Source: Gemmatimonadales bacterium UBA2975
Lineage (GTDB): Bacteria > Gemmatimonadota > Gemmatimonadetes > Longimicrobiales > Gaopeijiaceae
Assembly (NCBI GenBank): GCA_002348265.1
Contig: DEAT01000022.1
Location: 131,792 to 195,791, forward strand
DNA: 64,000 nt
Direction of reading: 5' to 3'
The notes under the pieces were generated by a model, which was given only the letters and a program-made list of their open reading frames with translations, was not told the origin of the DNA and did no database searches. The translations under genes and the position numbers were made by a program. Each line of letters begins with the position of its first letter. Positions within the stretch are counted from its first letter, which is position 1. Of this stretch, positions 1-8,132 are shown in pieces.

Positions 1-80
1 ACGATGTAGATCCAGACGGGATCAAGGAAATTAGGGTAGAGCGGACGGTGGTTGGGGGGAAAACCGTCTACGAAGCCTGA
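1..80 (+). CDS. 3' end of a gene running in from the left edge (amidohydrolase-like C-terminus, tentative)
   Basis: Frame 3 is open from the window edge to TGA at 78-80. It translates to ...DVDPDGIKEIRVERTVVGGKTVYEA*, which resembles the usual C-terminal 'v..T.v.Gk.vy' ending of metal-dependent amidohydrolases. The fragment is very short. Confidence 0.3.
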   Translation, partial: DVDPDGIKEIRVERTVVGGKTVYEA

Positions 81-96
81 CCCAACTGATATCCAA

Positions 97-2559
97 ATGA
101 AGGACAAAGGAAGAACGAGGATGCTTCGAAACTTGATTGCAGATGGAGCCCGTACGTTGATGTTCGCTGTCGTGGCGGCAGAGCTGATCTTGGTCTTACC
201 GGTGGCTGCGCAGGAATCGACTGTGCTCGACCTCCCTGGCCTAGACCAGCCGGTAGAGATTCTTGTCGACCAGTGGGGGATTAGTCACATCTATGCTGAG
301 ACCGAGCATGATTTGTTTTATGCTCAGGGATGGAATGCAGCGAGAGATCGACTCTTTCAACTGGAGCTTTGGAGGAGGCAGGCTACAGGCACAGTGGCTG
401 AGATTCTGGGGGAACGAGAACTTGAGCGAGACATCGGGACCAGACTCTTCAAGTTTCGTCGGGACCTTGAGCAAGAACTCAATCATTATCACGACCGCGG
501 CTCTCTGATAATCAATGCCTATACGGATGGTATCAATGCGTACATAACCCAGACGGAGCAGGACCCGAGCCTTCTCACTATCGAGTTTGAACTACTTGGC
601 ATCAAACCAGGACACTGGACTCCTGACGTTGTGATCTCAAGGCATCAGGGTCTTCTGGGTAACATAGGGGCGGAACTAGCTACCGGGCGGAGAGTTGCCG
701 AGATCGGAGCGGAGGCCGTGAAGCATCTTTCCACTTATGGCCCAGGTGATCCGCTTCTGGAGATGGACCCCACAATAGATGGCGAAGCCCTTTCTGAGGA
801 CATTCTTGGAATCTACAACGCCTTCCGCAGGGGGGTCCGCTTCCAGCCGGAGGACATAGTCGATCAGTCACGGCGAGGTGATGTCGACGCATTCGCTATG
901 CTTGAGGAAGCGGCACTCGACGCGTCGAGTGTTGTGGCCTATGACGTGGAGCAAGATATAGGGTCGAACAACTGGGTCATAGATGGCACTCGCTCAGAAA
1001 GCGGTTTTCCGATGATGGCTAATGACCCACACCGGGCTCAGGGGTCACCCTCTTTGCGTTACTGGGTGCACCTGGTTGGCCCAGGATGGAATGTGATAGG
1101 TGGAGGCGAACCTTCACTTCCAGGCGTATCGATCGGACACAACGAGTACGGCGCCTGGGGGCTGACTGTCTTTTCGACTGATGCAGAGGATCTCTATGTC
1201 TATGAGACGAACCCGGTGAACCCGAATCAATACCGGTACCGGGGAGAGTGGGAAACAATGACCGTCCTTACTGAGGAGATTCCTGTTCGAGGCGAGATGC
1301 CTCATACAGCGACGCTCAAGTATACGCGGCATGGGCCGGTTGTCTTCGAGGACGAGGAGCGCAATCTCGCGTACGCTGTCCGTGCAGGGTGGATGGAGAT
1401 TGGAGGTGCTCCGTATCTAGCATCGCTTCGCATGGATCAGGCGAAGACGTGGGAAGAATTCAGGGAGGCTTGCAACTATTCCAATATCCCTGGTGAAAAC
1501 ATGATATGGGCAGGGCGAGACGGTACGATTGGCTGGCAATCGGTTGGTATCGCCCCTGTCCGTCGCAACTGGAGCGGCCTCGTACCCGTACCCGGCGACG
1601 GCCGGTACGAGTGGGATGGGTACCTACCGATCATTGCAAAGCCACATGTGGTGAATCCCGAAGAGGGGTATTTCGCCACCGCCAATAATGACCTGATTCC
1701 GCGCGACTATGAGCACATGGACGCTGTTGGGTTCTCGTGGTCTGATCCATACAGATGGCTCAGGATTGTCGAAGTGCTCGGGGGCGGAACGCGCCTTTCA
1801 ATAGCAGACAATATCCAACTGCAGACGGATGAGTTGTCACTTCCAGCTCGTCAGCTCGTGCCTATGCTTGAGGAGGTTAGTTCCAGCGGCCGAACTGAAC
1901 AGGCTAGGGAACTTCTGCTCGAGTGGAACTACGTGATGGACAAGAATTCGATTGCGGCGGGCATTTATGCGGCGTGGGAAGGGGAACTTCGCCGCGCTGT
2001 ACGTGACGCTGTCGTTCCTCCCGGCCTAGGTATGAACTTGTCCTTGTCTAAGGTGATCGAGAAGATCATGGTTCCACCGGGAACGTTAGGTGGAGATCCA
2101 ATGCGTGCTCGTGACGAGCTACTTGTTTCAGCGCTCTCAGCTGCGGTGTACGCGCTCGAGGAGAAGCTCGGCTCGGATATGTCTGGCTGGCAGTACGGGC
2201 AGGAGGATTACCACCACGCTTATTTGCGGCACCCTATGGGTGCCGCGGTAAGCTCTGAGACACGCGCAATATTGGAAGAGGGCCCACTGCCGCGCGGTGG
2301 CTATGGCTCTACGGTGAACCAGACTGGCAACGGAGACAACCAGACATCAGGAGCATCTTTCCGGATCATTGTTGACACCGGAGACTGGGACCGAGCCGTT
2401 GGTATGAATACACCGGGCCAGAGTGGGGACACGCGGTCACCGTTCTACGACAACCTCTTTGAATTTTGGGCGAAAGATCAGTTCCACCCTGTCTTTTATT
2501 CCCGGAATCGGATAGAGGAGGTCACCGCCGTTCGGATCGAGCTGCGGCCGAATGGATAA
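97..2559 (+). CDS. Penicillin acylase / S45 Ntn-hydrolase family protein (possible acyl-homoserine-lactone or beta-lactam acylase), secreted
   Basis: The ORF is 52-2559. Its first 29 nt overlap the upstream gene end, so ATG 97 or ATG 121 (AAGGAAG 8-9 nt upstream) is the likelier start. There is a hydrophobic signal-like N-terminus (LMFAVVAAELILVLPVAAQ). The beta-chain nucleophile motif GSNNWVIDG is present (Ser codon 964-966), with family-typical blocks throughout the ~820 aa. Confidence 0.88.
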   Translation: MKDKGRTRMLRNLIADGARTLMFAVVAAELILVLPVAAQESTVLDLPGLDQPVEILVDQWGISHIYAETEHDLFYAQGWNAARDRLFQLELWRRQATGTVAEILGERELERDIGTRLFKFRRDLEQELNHYHDRGSLIINAYTDGINAYITQTEQDPSLLTIEFELLGIKPGHWTPDVVISRHQGLLGNIGAELATGRRVAEIGAEAVKHLSTYGPGDPLLEMDPTIDGEALSEDILGIYNAFRRGVRFQPEDIVDQSRRGDVDAFAMLEEAALDASSVVAYDVEQDIGSNNWVIDGTRSESGFPMMANDPHRAQGSPSLRYWVHLVGPGWNVIGGGEPSLPGVSIGHNEYGAWGLTVFSTDAEDLYVYETNPVNPNQYRYRGEWETMTVLTEEIPVRGEMPHTATLKYTRHGPVVFEDEERNLAYAVRAGWMEIGGAPYLASLRMDQAKTWEEFREACNYSNIPGENMIWAGRDGTIGWQSVGIAPVRRNWSGLVPVPGDGRYEWDGYLPIIAKPHVVNPEEGYFATANNDLIPRDYEHMDAVGFSWSDPYRWLRIVEVLGGGTRLSIADNIQLQTDELSLPARQLVPMLEEVSSSGRTEQARELLLEWNYVMDKNSIAAGIYAAWEGELRRAVRDAVVPPGLGMNLSLSKVIEKIMVPPGTLGGDPMRARDELLVSALSAAVYALEEKLGSDMSGWQYGQEDYHHAYLRHPMGAAVSSETRAILEEGPLPRGGYGSTVNQTGNGDNQTSGASFRIIVDTGDWDRAVGMNTPGQSGDTRSPFYDNLFEFWAKDQFHPVFYSRNRIEEVTAVRIELRPNG

Positions 2560-2714
2560 TGTTTAACCTAAAGGGCATGCGCGCTGCGTTAAGGGGCAAG
2601 CGCTTGATCGACGCATCACTCCCTAGATTGGCGATAGAAGGTACTACGATTGTCCTCTCGATACTGGTCGCTTTTGGAATTGGCGCTGCATGGGAAGAGC
2701 TAATCGAATTGTGA
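2559..2714 (+). CDS. Small (51 aa) single-pass membrane protein candidate, start overlapping the acylase stop (TAATG)
   Basis: ATG 2559-2561 overlaps TAA 2557-2559. The translation is MFNLKGMRAALRGKRLIDASLPRLAIEGTTIVLSILVAFGIGAAWEELIEL, with one hydrophobic helix. No family was recognised. Confidence 0.25.
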   Translation: MFNLKGMRAALRGKRLIDASLPRLAIEGTTIVLSILVAFGIGAAWEELIEL

Positions 2715-2796
2715 TTTCTGCATTCGGAAGCAGACAATCAGTGAGGTCCAGGACCTTTTACGGGAATCCTCGGTTCCTACTCCACGAGCGATCACG

Positions 2797-4089
2797 ATGA
2801 CCAGCCCCGAAAAAGCGATCCGCGACCCGCTTTGGGAGACGGTGCGACTAGACGCGCTGGCAGTGAGTATCATCGATACGGCCGCGTTTCAGCGTCTCCG
2901 CTACATTCGCCAGCTAGGGCTCGCCCATCTCGTCTACCCAGGGGCGACCCACACTCGCTTCGATCACGCCTTGGGTGTCTACCACCTGACCCGCACTGGT
3001 CTGAAACATCTTCGTGAACGCAAGGGTGTTCCGGAGGAAGTATGGGAGGGAGAAGAATTCATCCCGTATGCAGCCCTCCTTCACGATATAGGCCACTATG
3101 CGTACTCCCACGCTCTAGAAGAGTTAGAGCCGGAACACCTGCCGGCTCATCATGAAGAGGTCAGTCAGCGCTTCTTCGCTTCACCATCACTACGTGAAGC
3201 TCTAATGCCTTTGGGCGACGATGCTCCAGAGCGACTAGCCCAATTGATTCGCGGAGATAGCAAAATTCCCTTGCGGGGCTTGGTCAGCGGAAGTCTTGAT
3301 TTGGACAAGATGGAGTATCTACGCCGTGACGCACGTTTTTGTGGTGTTCCCTACGGAGAGGTTGACGTTTCACGTCTCCTTCAGGGCCTCATGCTCTTGC
3401 AGGATCCAGAGACGGGTCTGTACGAGGTGGGCGTGCATGAAAAGGCGATTGCTGCTCTCGAGTCCTTGCTGTTCGCGAAGTACCAGATGTTTCGGAATGT
3501 GTACTGGCACCATGCTGTCCGTGCCGCCACAGGGCTGTATAAAAGAATCGTAGAAGAGGCCGTCCGCGGTTGTCTGATTGACCCTGAAGACTTGATTGGC
3601 CCGACCGATGAGGAGTTGCTGTACGAACTCAGCCGTAGGGGGCTGGATTCTAAAGATGAGCTTGGTGAGCGGATAGCTAAGCGCTGGATACCCGCACTGC
3701 GTCACCGCAAGCTTCCCAAGCGCGCACTTGAATTGACAGCCGCTGATCTTTCGGGGCGTGAGGTGGAAAGTTGGGCGATCGGTGATTCGCCACGAAAACG
3801 GGTCATTGAGGATGAGCTTGCTGAGGAACTCGGGCTCGAGTCGGGTGAAGTGATAATAGATTTCCCAGTCAAGCAGTCGATGTTCCAACTCGACCTCCTC
3901 GTTCAGCGAAGTAATGGCAATGTTCAACGTCTTGGCCTAGAAGGGGTAGAAGGTGTCCTAGACCTGCCTAGGGTCGCGAGCGAGCTCTACACCACAGCCC
4001 GGGTGCTCCGGGTCTTCACACTGGAGCGCCGAGAAATCTTGGCGGATAAAGTCCTCGAGCGTATCACTAGGCCGGTTGCAGCTGTTTAG
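2797..4089 (+). CDS. HD-domain phosphohydrolase (dNTP triphosphohydrolase / SAMHD1-like family)
   Basis: The motifs RFDHALGVYHL and LLHDIGHYAYSH form an HD metal site, and DLDKMEYLRRD is typical of dGTPase-like HD proteins. Confidence 0.85.
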   Translation: MTSPEKAIRDPLWETVRLDALAVSIIDTAAFQRLRYIRQLGLAHLVYPGATHTRFDHALGVYHLTRTGLKHLRERKGVPEEVWEGEEFIPYAALLHDIGHYAYSHALEELEPEHLPAHHEEVSQRFFASPSLREALMPLGDDAPERLAQLIRGDSKIPLRGLVSGSLDLDKMEYLRRDARFCGVPYGEVDVSRLLQGLMLLQDPETGLYEVGVHEKAIAALESLLFAKYQMFRNVYWHHAVRAATGLYKRIVEEAVRGCLIDPEDLIGPTDEELLYELSRRGLDSKDELGERIAKRWIPALRHRKLPKRALELTAADLSGREVESWAIGDSPRKRVIEDELAEELGLESGEVIIDFPVKQSMFQLDLLVQRSNGNVQRLGLEGVEGVLDLPRVASELYTTARVLRVFTLERREILADKVLERITRPVAAV

Positions 4090-4488
4090 GGTAAGTGGAG
4101 TCTTTACCAGTCGGCCGCTAGGCCAACAAGCAAACTTTAGCGCCCACCTCAGCTACACACCCTAGCGAGAAGGCCTCTCCACCTAGTTGCGCAACGAGCT
4201 CGCTGGGGCTTGCGTTTTACTTAAGCGCGGAACCGCAGGTTGAGGACGGTTTAGAAAATATGTGGTAACAAGGTCGTCAAAATAGTATTGCCCAACCCCG
4301 ATCAAACGAACGACGTGACCCAGGGCTCCAATTCTTCGGCCACTTGACAAAACCAATCAGTGTGACCGAAAATATACGGCTTAGGAGTTTACGGTTTGCC
4401 CTGAAAGACGGCAGTGCAGGTCATGGAGGAAACCCGGCGTCTGACCGATGACCGGAGTGCCTTGGACTCGAAGGAGAACGAATACACG

Positions 4489-5394
4489 ATGGCTGCGGCT
4501 ACGACGACGAAGCGTCGCAAGCGCCGAGGGAAAGGAAATCTCCTTTCCGGATTCGACGCCAGTGTAGAGGAACAAAGCGCTCTAGATCAGTACCTGCGTG
4601 ACGTCAGCCGGCATGAGCTTATCACTCCGGAACGTGAAAAGGAGCTCGGTGCACTAGCCCAGAAAGGTGATCAGGATGCCATTCAGGAGCTTGCTCGGGC
4701 AAACCTGCGTTTCGTAATCAGTGTCGCAAAGAAGTACCAAAATCGCGGCGTGTCGCTTACAGATCTCATCCAAGAAGGAAACGTGGGTCTTGTTACGGCT
4801 GCCCGAAAGTTTGATCCGGAGCAGGGCGTGAAATTCATCAGCTATGCCGTTTGGTGGATTCGACAGGCGATTCTTGCCTCTTTGGCGAACCACGGCCGGG
4901 CCGTTCGCGTTCCTCTGAATAGGGCGAGCGATCTAGCGCGAATTTTCCGAGAGAAAGAACGGCTAAAACAGGAAAAAGGCCGAGAGCCGACCACTGACGA
5001 ATTGGCTGAGGCTACTCATCTGACTCCAGAATTAGTGGAGTCTCTTCAGACGTTGAATTCCGCAGAAATAAGGCTAGACGCCCCTATCGGGGACTCGGAG
5101 GATTCTCAACTCGTTGAGCGATTTATAACGGAAGAGGCTGCAGAACCGGAGGTCGAGGTTGAGAGTCGGCTTTTAACGGAAACCATCACGGAGGCTCTTG
5201 AGACTCTTGAGCCACGAGATGCGAAAGTTCTTCGCCTATACTTTGGGCTCGAAGGCGAGCGAGAACATACACTGGAGGAAATCGGAAACATGCTTGGCGT
5301 GACGCGTGAACGAATCCGCCAGCTTCGCGATCGTGCCTTGCGTCGTCTGCGGGAAGGTGGGAAAGGCGGTGCACTGGAGTCCTTCGCCGCGTGA
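4489..5394 (+). CDS. rpoD: Primary-type sigma-70 family RNA polymerase sigma factor, short form without region 1.1
   Basis: Region 2 is LIQEGNVGLVTAARKFDPEQGVKFISYAVWWIRQAI and region 4 is TLEEIGNMLGVTRERIRQLRDRALRRLR. ATG 4489 is preceded by GAAGGAGAA about 10 nt upstream; the ORF track starts at GTG 4414. The product is ~301 aa. Confidence 0.85.
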   Translation: MAAATTTKRRKRRGKGNLLSGFDASVEEQSALDQYLRDVSRHELITPEREKELGALAQKGDQDAIQELARANLRFVISVAKKYQNRGVSLTDLIQEGNVGLVTAARKFDPEQGVKFISYAVWWIRQAILASLANHGRAVRVPLNRASDLARIFREKERLKQEKGREPTTDELAEATHLTPELVESLQTLNSAEIRLDAPIGDSEDSQLVERFITEEAAEPEVEVESRLLTETITEALETLEPRDAKVLRLYFGLEGEREHTLEEIGNMLGVTRERIRQLRDRALRRLREGGKGGALESFAA

Positions 5395-5447
5395 GACTCC
5401 GGGCCTGGTATTCGGGCCCATGGTCGAGCAGCCCCTGTCGGTACTTT

Positions 5448-5470
5448 GAGCCCCGGTAGGGGCTCTTTGG
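5448..5470 (+). terminator. Candidate intrinsic terminator after rpoD
   Basis: The hairpin is GAGCCCC-ggta-GGGGCTC (7-bp stem), followed by TTTGGTT, 54 nt after the rpoD stop. It lies in the 5' extension of the rsgA ORF, upstream of the more likely rsgA start. Confidence 0.4.
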
Positions 5471-5481
5471 TTCATGAACTC

Positions 5482-6393
5482 ATGACTACTTCGGGTACGT
5501 TCCTCGGTGTTGTGCATGAGACGGGTGGGGGCATCTACGCAGTGGTCCTAGAGACCGGGGAACGCGTAGATGCATACCTCCGCGGACGCTTAAAGAAGCA
5601 AGATCGCACTGGTCGTGCCGTAGTGATTGGGGACATCGTGGAAGTCCTGGTGGACGGCAATGAAGTGACAATTGAATCAGTTGAAAAACGGCAGACTGAA
5701 CTAGTACGGAGCGGAAGGAGTCGGGAGCCTAAAATCCTGGCGGCTAATCTGGATAGAGTCTTCGTGGTGATAGCGCTCCGTGAGCCTAGGGGCTCTACTC
5801 AGCTGATTGATCGGATGCTGACCTTAGTCCACGCCAGCGGAATGCGGCCTTTGCTAATCTTCAACAAAGCCGATTTGGAGGGCACAGAGGATCTCCAAGA
5901 GACTTGGCTGACTCTCTATAGAAAGATTGGTTACAAGGTATTTGTGACTAGTGTGCCTTCCGGAAAAGGTGTCGTTGAACTGCGCCGTGAACTGTGCGCT
6001 GGAACGTCTGCATTTATCGGACCCTCTGGTGTTGGAAAGTCATCTTTACTCAATGTTGTCGATCCGGGGCTTCAGCTTCGAATAGGTCGGTTGTCTCAAA
6101 AGACTGGGACAGGACGCCATACCACCGTGGGTGCTCGACTGATCACGCTGGAGTGTGGGGGATTAGTTGCAGACACGCCGGGTTTTGGTGACGTGGGCCT
6201 TTGGTCTGTGGACGCCGAGACGGTGGGCTCACACTTTCCAGAATTTGCTGAGAGCGCAGTGAATTGCCGATTTAGAGGCTGTACGCACTTACATGAGCCC
6301 GGATGCGCAGTCCTTGAAGAAGTTGGTAAGGGAGAGATTGCACGGTCTCGACATGAGAGCTATCGCTTTCTACGGGTCAAAGCAGAAGAGTAA
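5482..6393 (+). CDS. rsgA: Ribosome small-subunit-dependent GTPase A
   Basis: The GTPase is circularly permuted: G4 NKADL precedes G1 GPSGVGKSSLLN and G3 DTPGF. The C-terminal zinc motif CRFRGCTHLHEPGC is present. The start at ATG 5482 was chosen downstream of the terminator-like hairpin. Confidence 0.9.
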   Translation: MTTSGTFLGVVHETGGGIYAVVLETGERVDAYLRGRLKKQDRTGRAVVIGDIVEVLVDGNEVTIESVEKRQTELVRSGRSREPKILAANLDRVFVVIALREPRGSTQLIDRMLTLVHASGMRPLLIFNKADLEGTEDLQETWLTLYRKIGYKVFVTSVPSGKGVVELRRELCAGTSAFIGPSGVGKSSLLNVVDPGLQLRIGRLSQKTGTGRHTTVGARLITLECGGLVADTPGFGDVGLWSVDAETVGSHFPEFAESAVNCRFRGCTHLHEPGCAVLEEVGKGEIARSRHESYRFLRVKAEE

Positions 6394-6438
6394 TGAGTTC
6401 GTGTCTGCTGATTGGTCGAGGAAGCTTCTAGCTTTCAA

Positions 6439-7407
6439 TCAAGATTCGGCACAGTCGTCTTGGAAACTGCGGACCCATCTGTCACCCTGACGAGACAGTA
6501 CAGCGAACGACCGGTTTTGATTTCCGAACACGTCCAGCAGTATCTCGTCCAACCCGTCACCATTCCAGTCTAGGTGGTCGAAATATCGCGGCGCGGCTTT
6601 TCCATCTTCCGAGCTGTCTCGGTGCCATGTGTAATGCTCCACGTATCCCGAGTCATTCTCATGCCCCATGACGAAAAGGGAATAGGAACCTTGCCCGGGG
6701 TTTCCGACCTCTAGGTTGTCGCCGACCATGAATGTGGCTGCTATCGACTGTCCTGGAGTATTGCGGAGTTGGAAAGACTGTATGTGTTCTCTTGCATTTA
6801 GCGTTCCTAACTCGGGCCAGGGTGCTCCGTGCCTTGAAATTGCGTCCCCGGCGATGGCGAGGGTTGCTACGCGTTGATCATAAGTGTGAGAGAGCTCTCG
6901 GTATGCTTCATAGGGTTGATTGACTTCAGCCACCGGAAGTGCCAGCAGTCGTTCGGCATTCGCTGCTGTTGCAACGAGCTCCACTATACCACTGATAGCA
7001 ATGCGCGCACCACAGAACCCGATCGCTGGACTGACCGACTGAGCGGTCATCCGACCCACACGCACCCCTTCCGAGAAGACGGCCCATTCTGAACCAGGGG
7101 CTATTAGTTTCGCTATTTGCTCTTCATCGTCGGAAATTTGCGTTTTGGGCAAGGGCCGGAGTGTATCCGAATGCACTTCACCAACAACTATGAATCGACC
7201 TGTATCTCCTTGTCGGATACCGGCTAGTAGGAGTGCTTTATTAGTGCCGAGGTCTCCTCCGGGTTCAATAGGCGCCAGTCCGACTGTGGTCTGCTTAATC
7301 GCTGATTCAGGAGGTTGAAGTGCCATGTCAAAGCCCCCAAACTCTACGTTGTCGCAGCCAGTGACCGCAGTTAAGATCACCGCCATTACTAGTAAGTGCT
7401 TTCGCAT
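6439..7407 (-). CDS. Hypothetical lipoprotein with C-terminal FG-GAP/VCBS-like Asp-rich segment
   Basis: The N-terminus MRKHLLVMAVILTAVTGCDN has a lipobox. The C-terminal DHLDWNGDGLDEILLDVFG resembles a calcium-binding FG-GAP repeat. Confidence 0.55.
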   Translation of the reverse strand: MRKHLLVMAVILTAVTGCDNVEFGGFDMALQPPESAIKQTTVGLAPIEPGGDLGTNKALLLAGIRQGDTGRFIVVGEVHSDTLRPLPKTQISDDEEQIAKLIAPGSEWAVFSEGVRVGRMTAQSVSPAIGFCGARIAISGIVELVATAANAERLLALPVAEVNQPYEAYRELSHTYDQRVATLAIAGDAISRHGAPWPELGTLNAREHIQSFQLRNTPGQSIAATFMVGDNLEVGNPGQGSYSLFVMGHENDSGYVEHYTWHRDSSEDGKAAPRYFDHLDWNGDGLDEILLDVFGNQNRSFAVLSRQGDRWVRSFQDDCAES

Positions 7408-7469
7408 CGATCTTTTGGCACTGCCCCTGATCTTGGACTCCTGACTCGGTTACGAAGGCACAAGCTAGT

Positions 7470-7985
7470 TTGGACCCCTCGGTGAGCAAGCTTCTAATGG
7501 ACCAGCATGTCGACGGAAAAGCTTCACTGCGAGAGGTGATGAGTTCTTATCCGACGGGCGTGACGGTCGTGGCAGCAAGTGAAAGAGCCGATGCCCCCTT
7601 TGGCTTAACTGTAAATTCTTTCACATCGCTCTCGCTCAACCCCCCCCTAATCTTGGTGTGTATTGGGCAAACATCGACATTGCATGACCGGCTAATCGCC
7701 TCAGACAATTTTTCGGTGAACATCTTAGCGGGAAATCAGGGCGCCGTAGCAGATCGTTTCGCTTCGGAGCCTTCTAGAGAGCGTTTCGAAGGAGCGGCTT
7801 GGCAGGTCGGGACACTTGGTGTTCCGCTAATAGATGGAGCGACGGCTTGGCTAGAATGTTCACGTTATGAGCTTCTGAAGGGAGGTGACCATACCATTCT
7901 GATTGGTCGCGTTGAGCATTCGGCTGTTACGGGGCGAGATGCATTGGTATACCACAGGGGTAGCTTGAGCCCATCGAGAGGATGA
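7470..7985 (+). CDS. Flavin reductase family protein (FMN-binding split barrel)
   Basis: YPTGVTVVAA, FTSLSLNPPLILVCI and GDHTILIGRV are typical Flavin_Reduct blocks. The start is uncertain (TTG 7470 or ATG 7497). Confidence 0.8.
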   Translation: MDPSVSKLLMDQHVDGKASLREVMSSYPTGVTVVAASERADAPFGLTVNSFTSLSLNPPLILVCIGQTSTLHDRLIASDNFSVNILAGNQGAVADRFASEPSRERFEGAAWQVGTLGVPLIDGATAWLECSRYELLKGGDHTILIGRVEHSAVTGRDALVYHRGSLSPSRG

Positions 7986-8132
7986 ACTTTCGCCTCCGAA
8001 GGATGAAGTGGATGGTTCTCTTGTTGGTGAATCCCCAGGCCAAAATGTCGACAGTATTGGACGTGACATTCCCTGTCCTATGCGTCTTGCTCTGGAGGCG
8101 CGATCCAGTATGCGGAACAAGATCCTAAGCTC

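Noticed and set aside
3370-3927. 185-aa ORF antisense to the HD-domain gene. Similar long antisense ORFs occur at 26138-26878 (246 aa), 55197-55934 (245 aa), 61821-62468 (215 aa), 34982-35542 (186 aa), 49234-49755 (173 aa), 24807-25340 (177 aa) and 13758-14258 (166 aa)
   Set aside because: Each lies entirely within, and opposite to, a gene with strong family motifs. Their translations are low-complexity and rich in Arg/Ser/Pro, with no recognisable domains. These are typical shadow ORFs of GC-rich coding DNA.
2797-4089. HD-domain dNTPase as an anti-phage (dGTPase-type) defence gene
   Set aside because: There are no flanking defence, mobile or hypervariable genes. It sits in a housekeeping context next to rpoD and rsgA, consistent with a core dNTP triphosphohydrolase.
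4344-4378. TTGACA hexamer upstream of rpoD as a sigma-70 promoter
   Set aside because: No acceptable -10 hexamer lies at a 16-19 nt spacing. The nearest candidates are AAATAT at 20 nt and TATACG at 23 nt. The lineage probably does not use the E. coli consensus.
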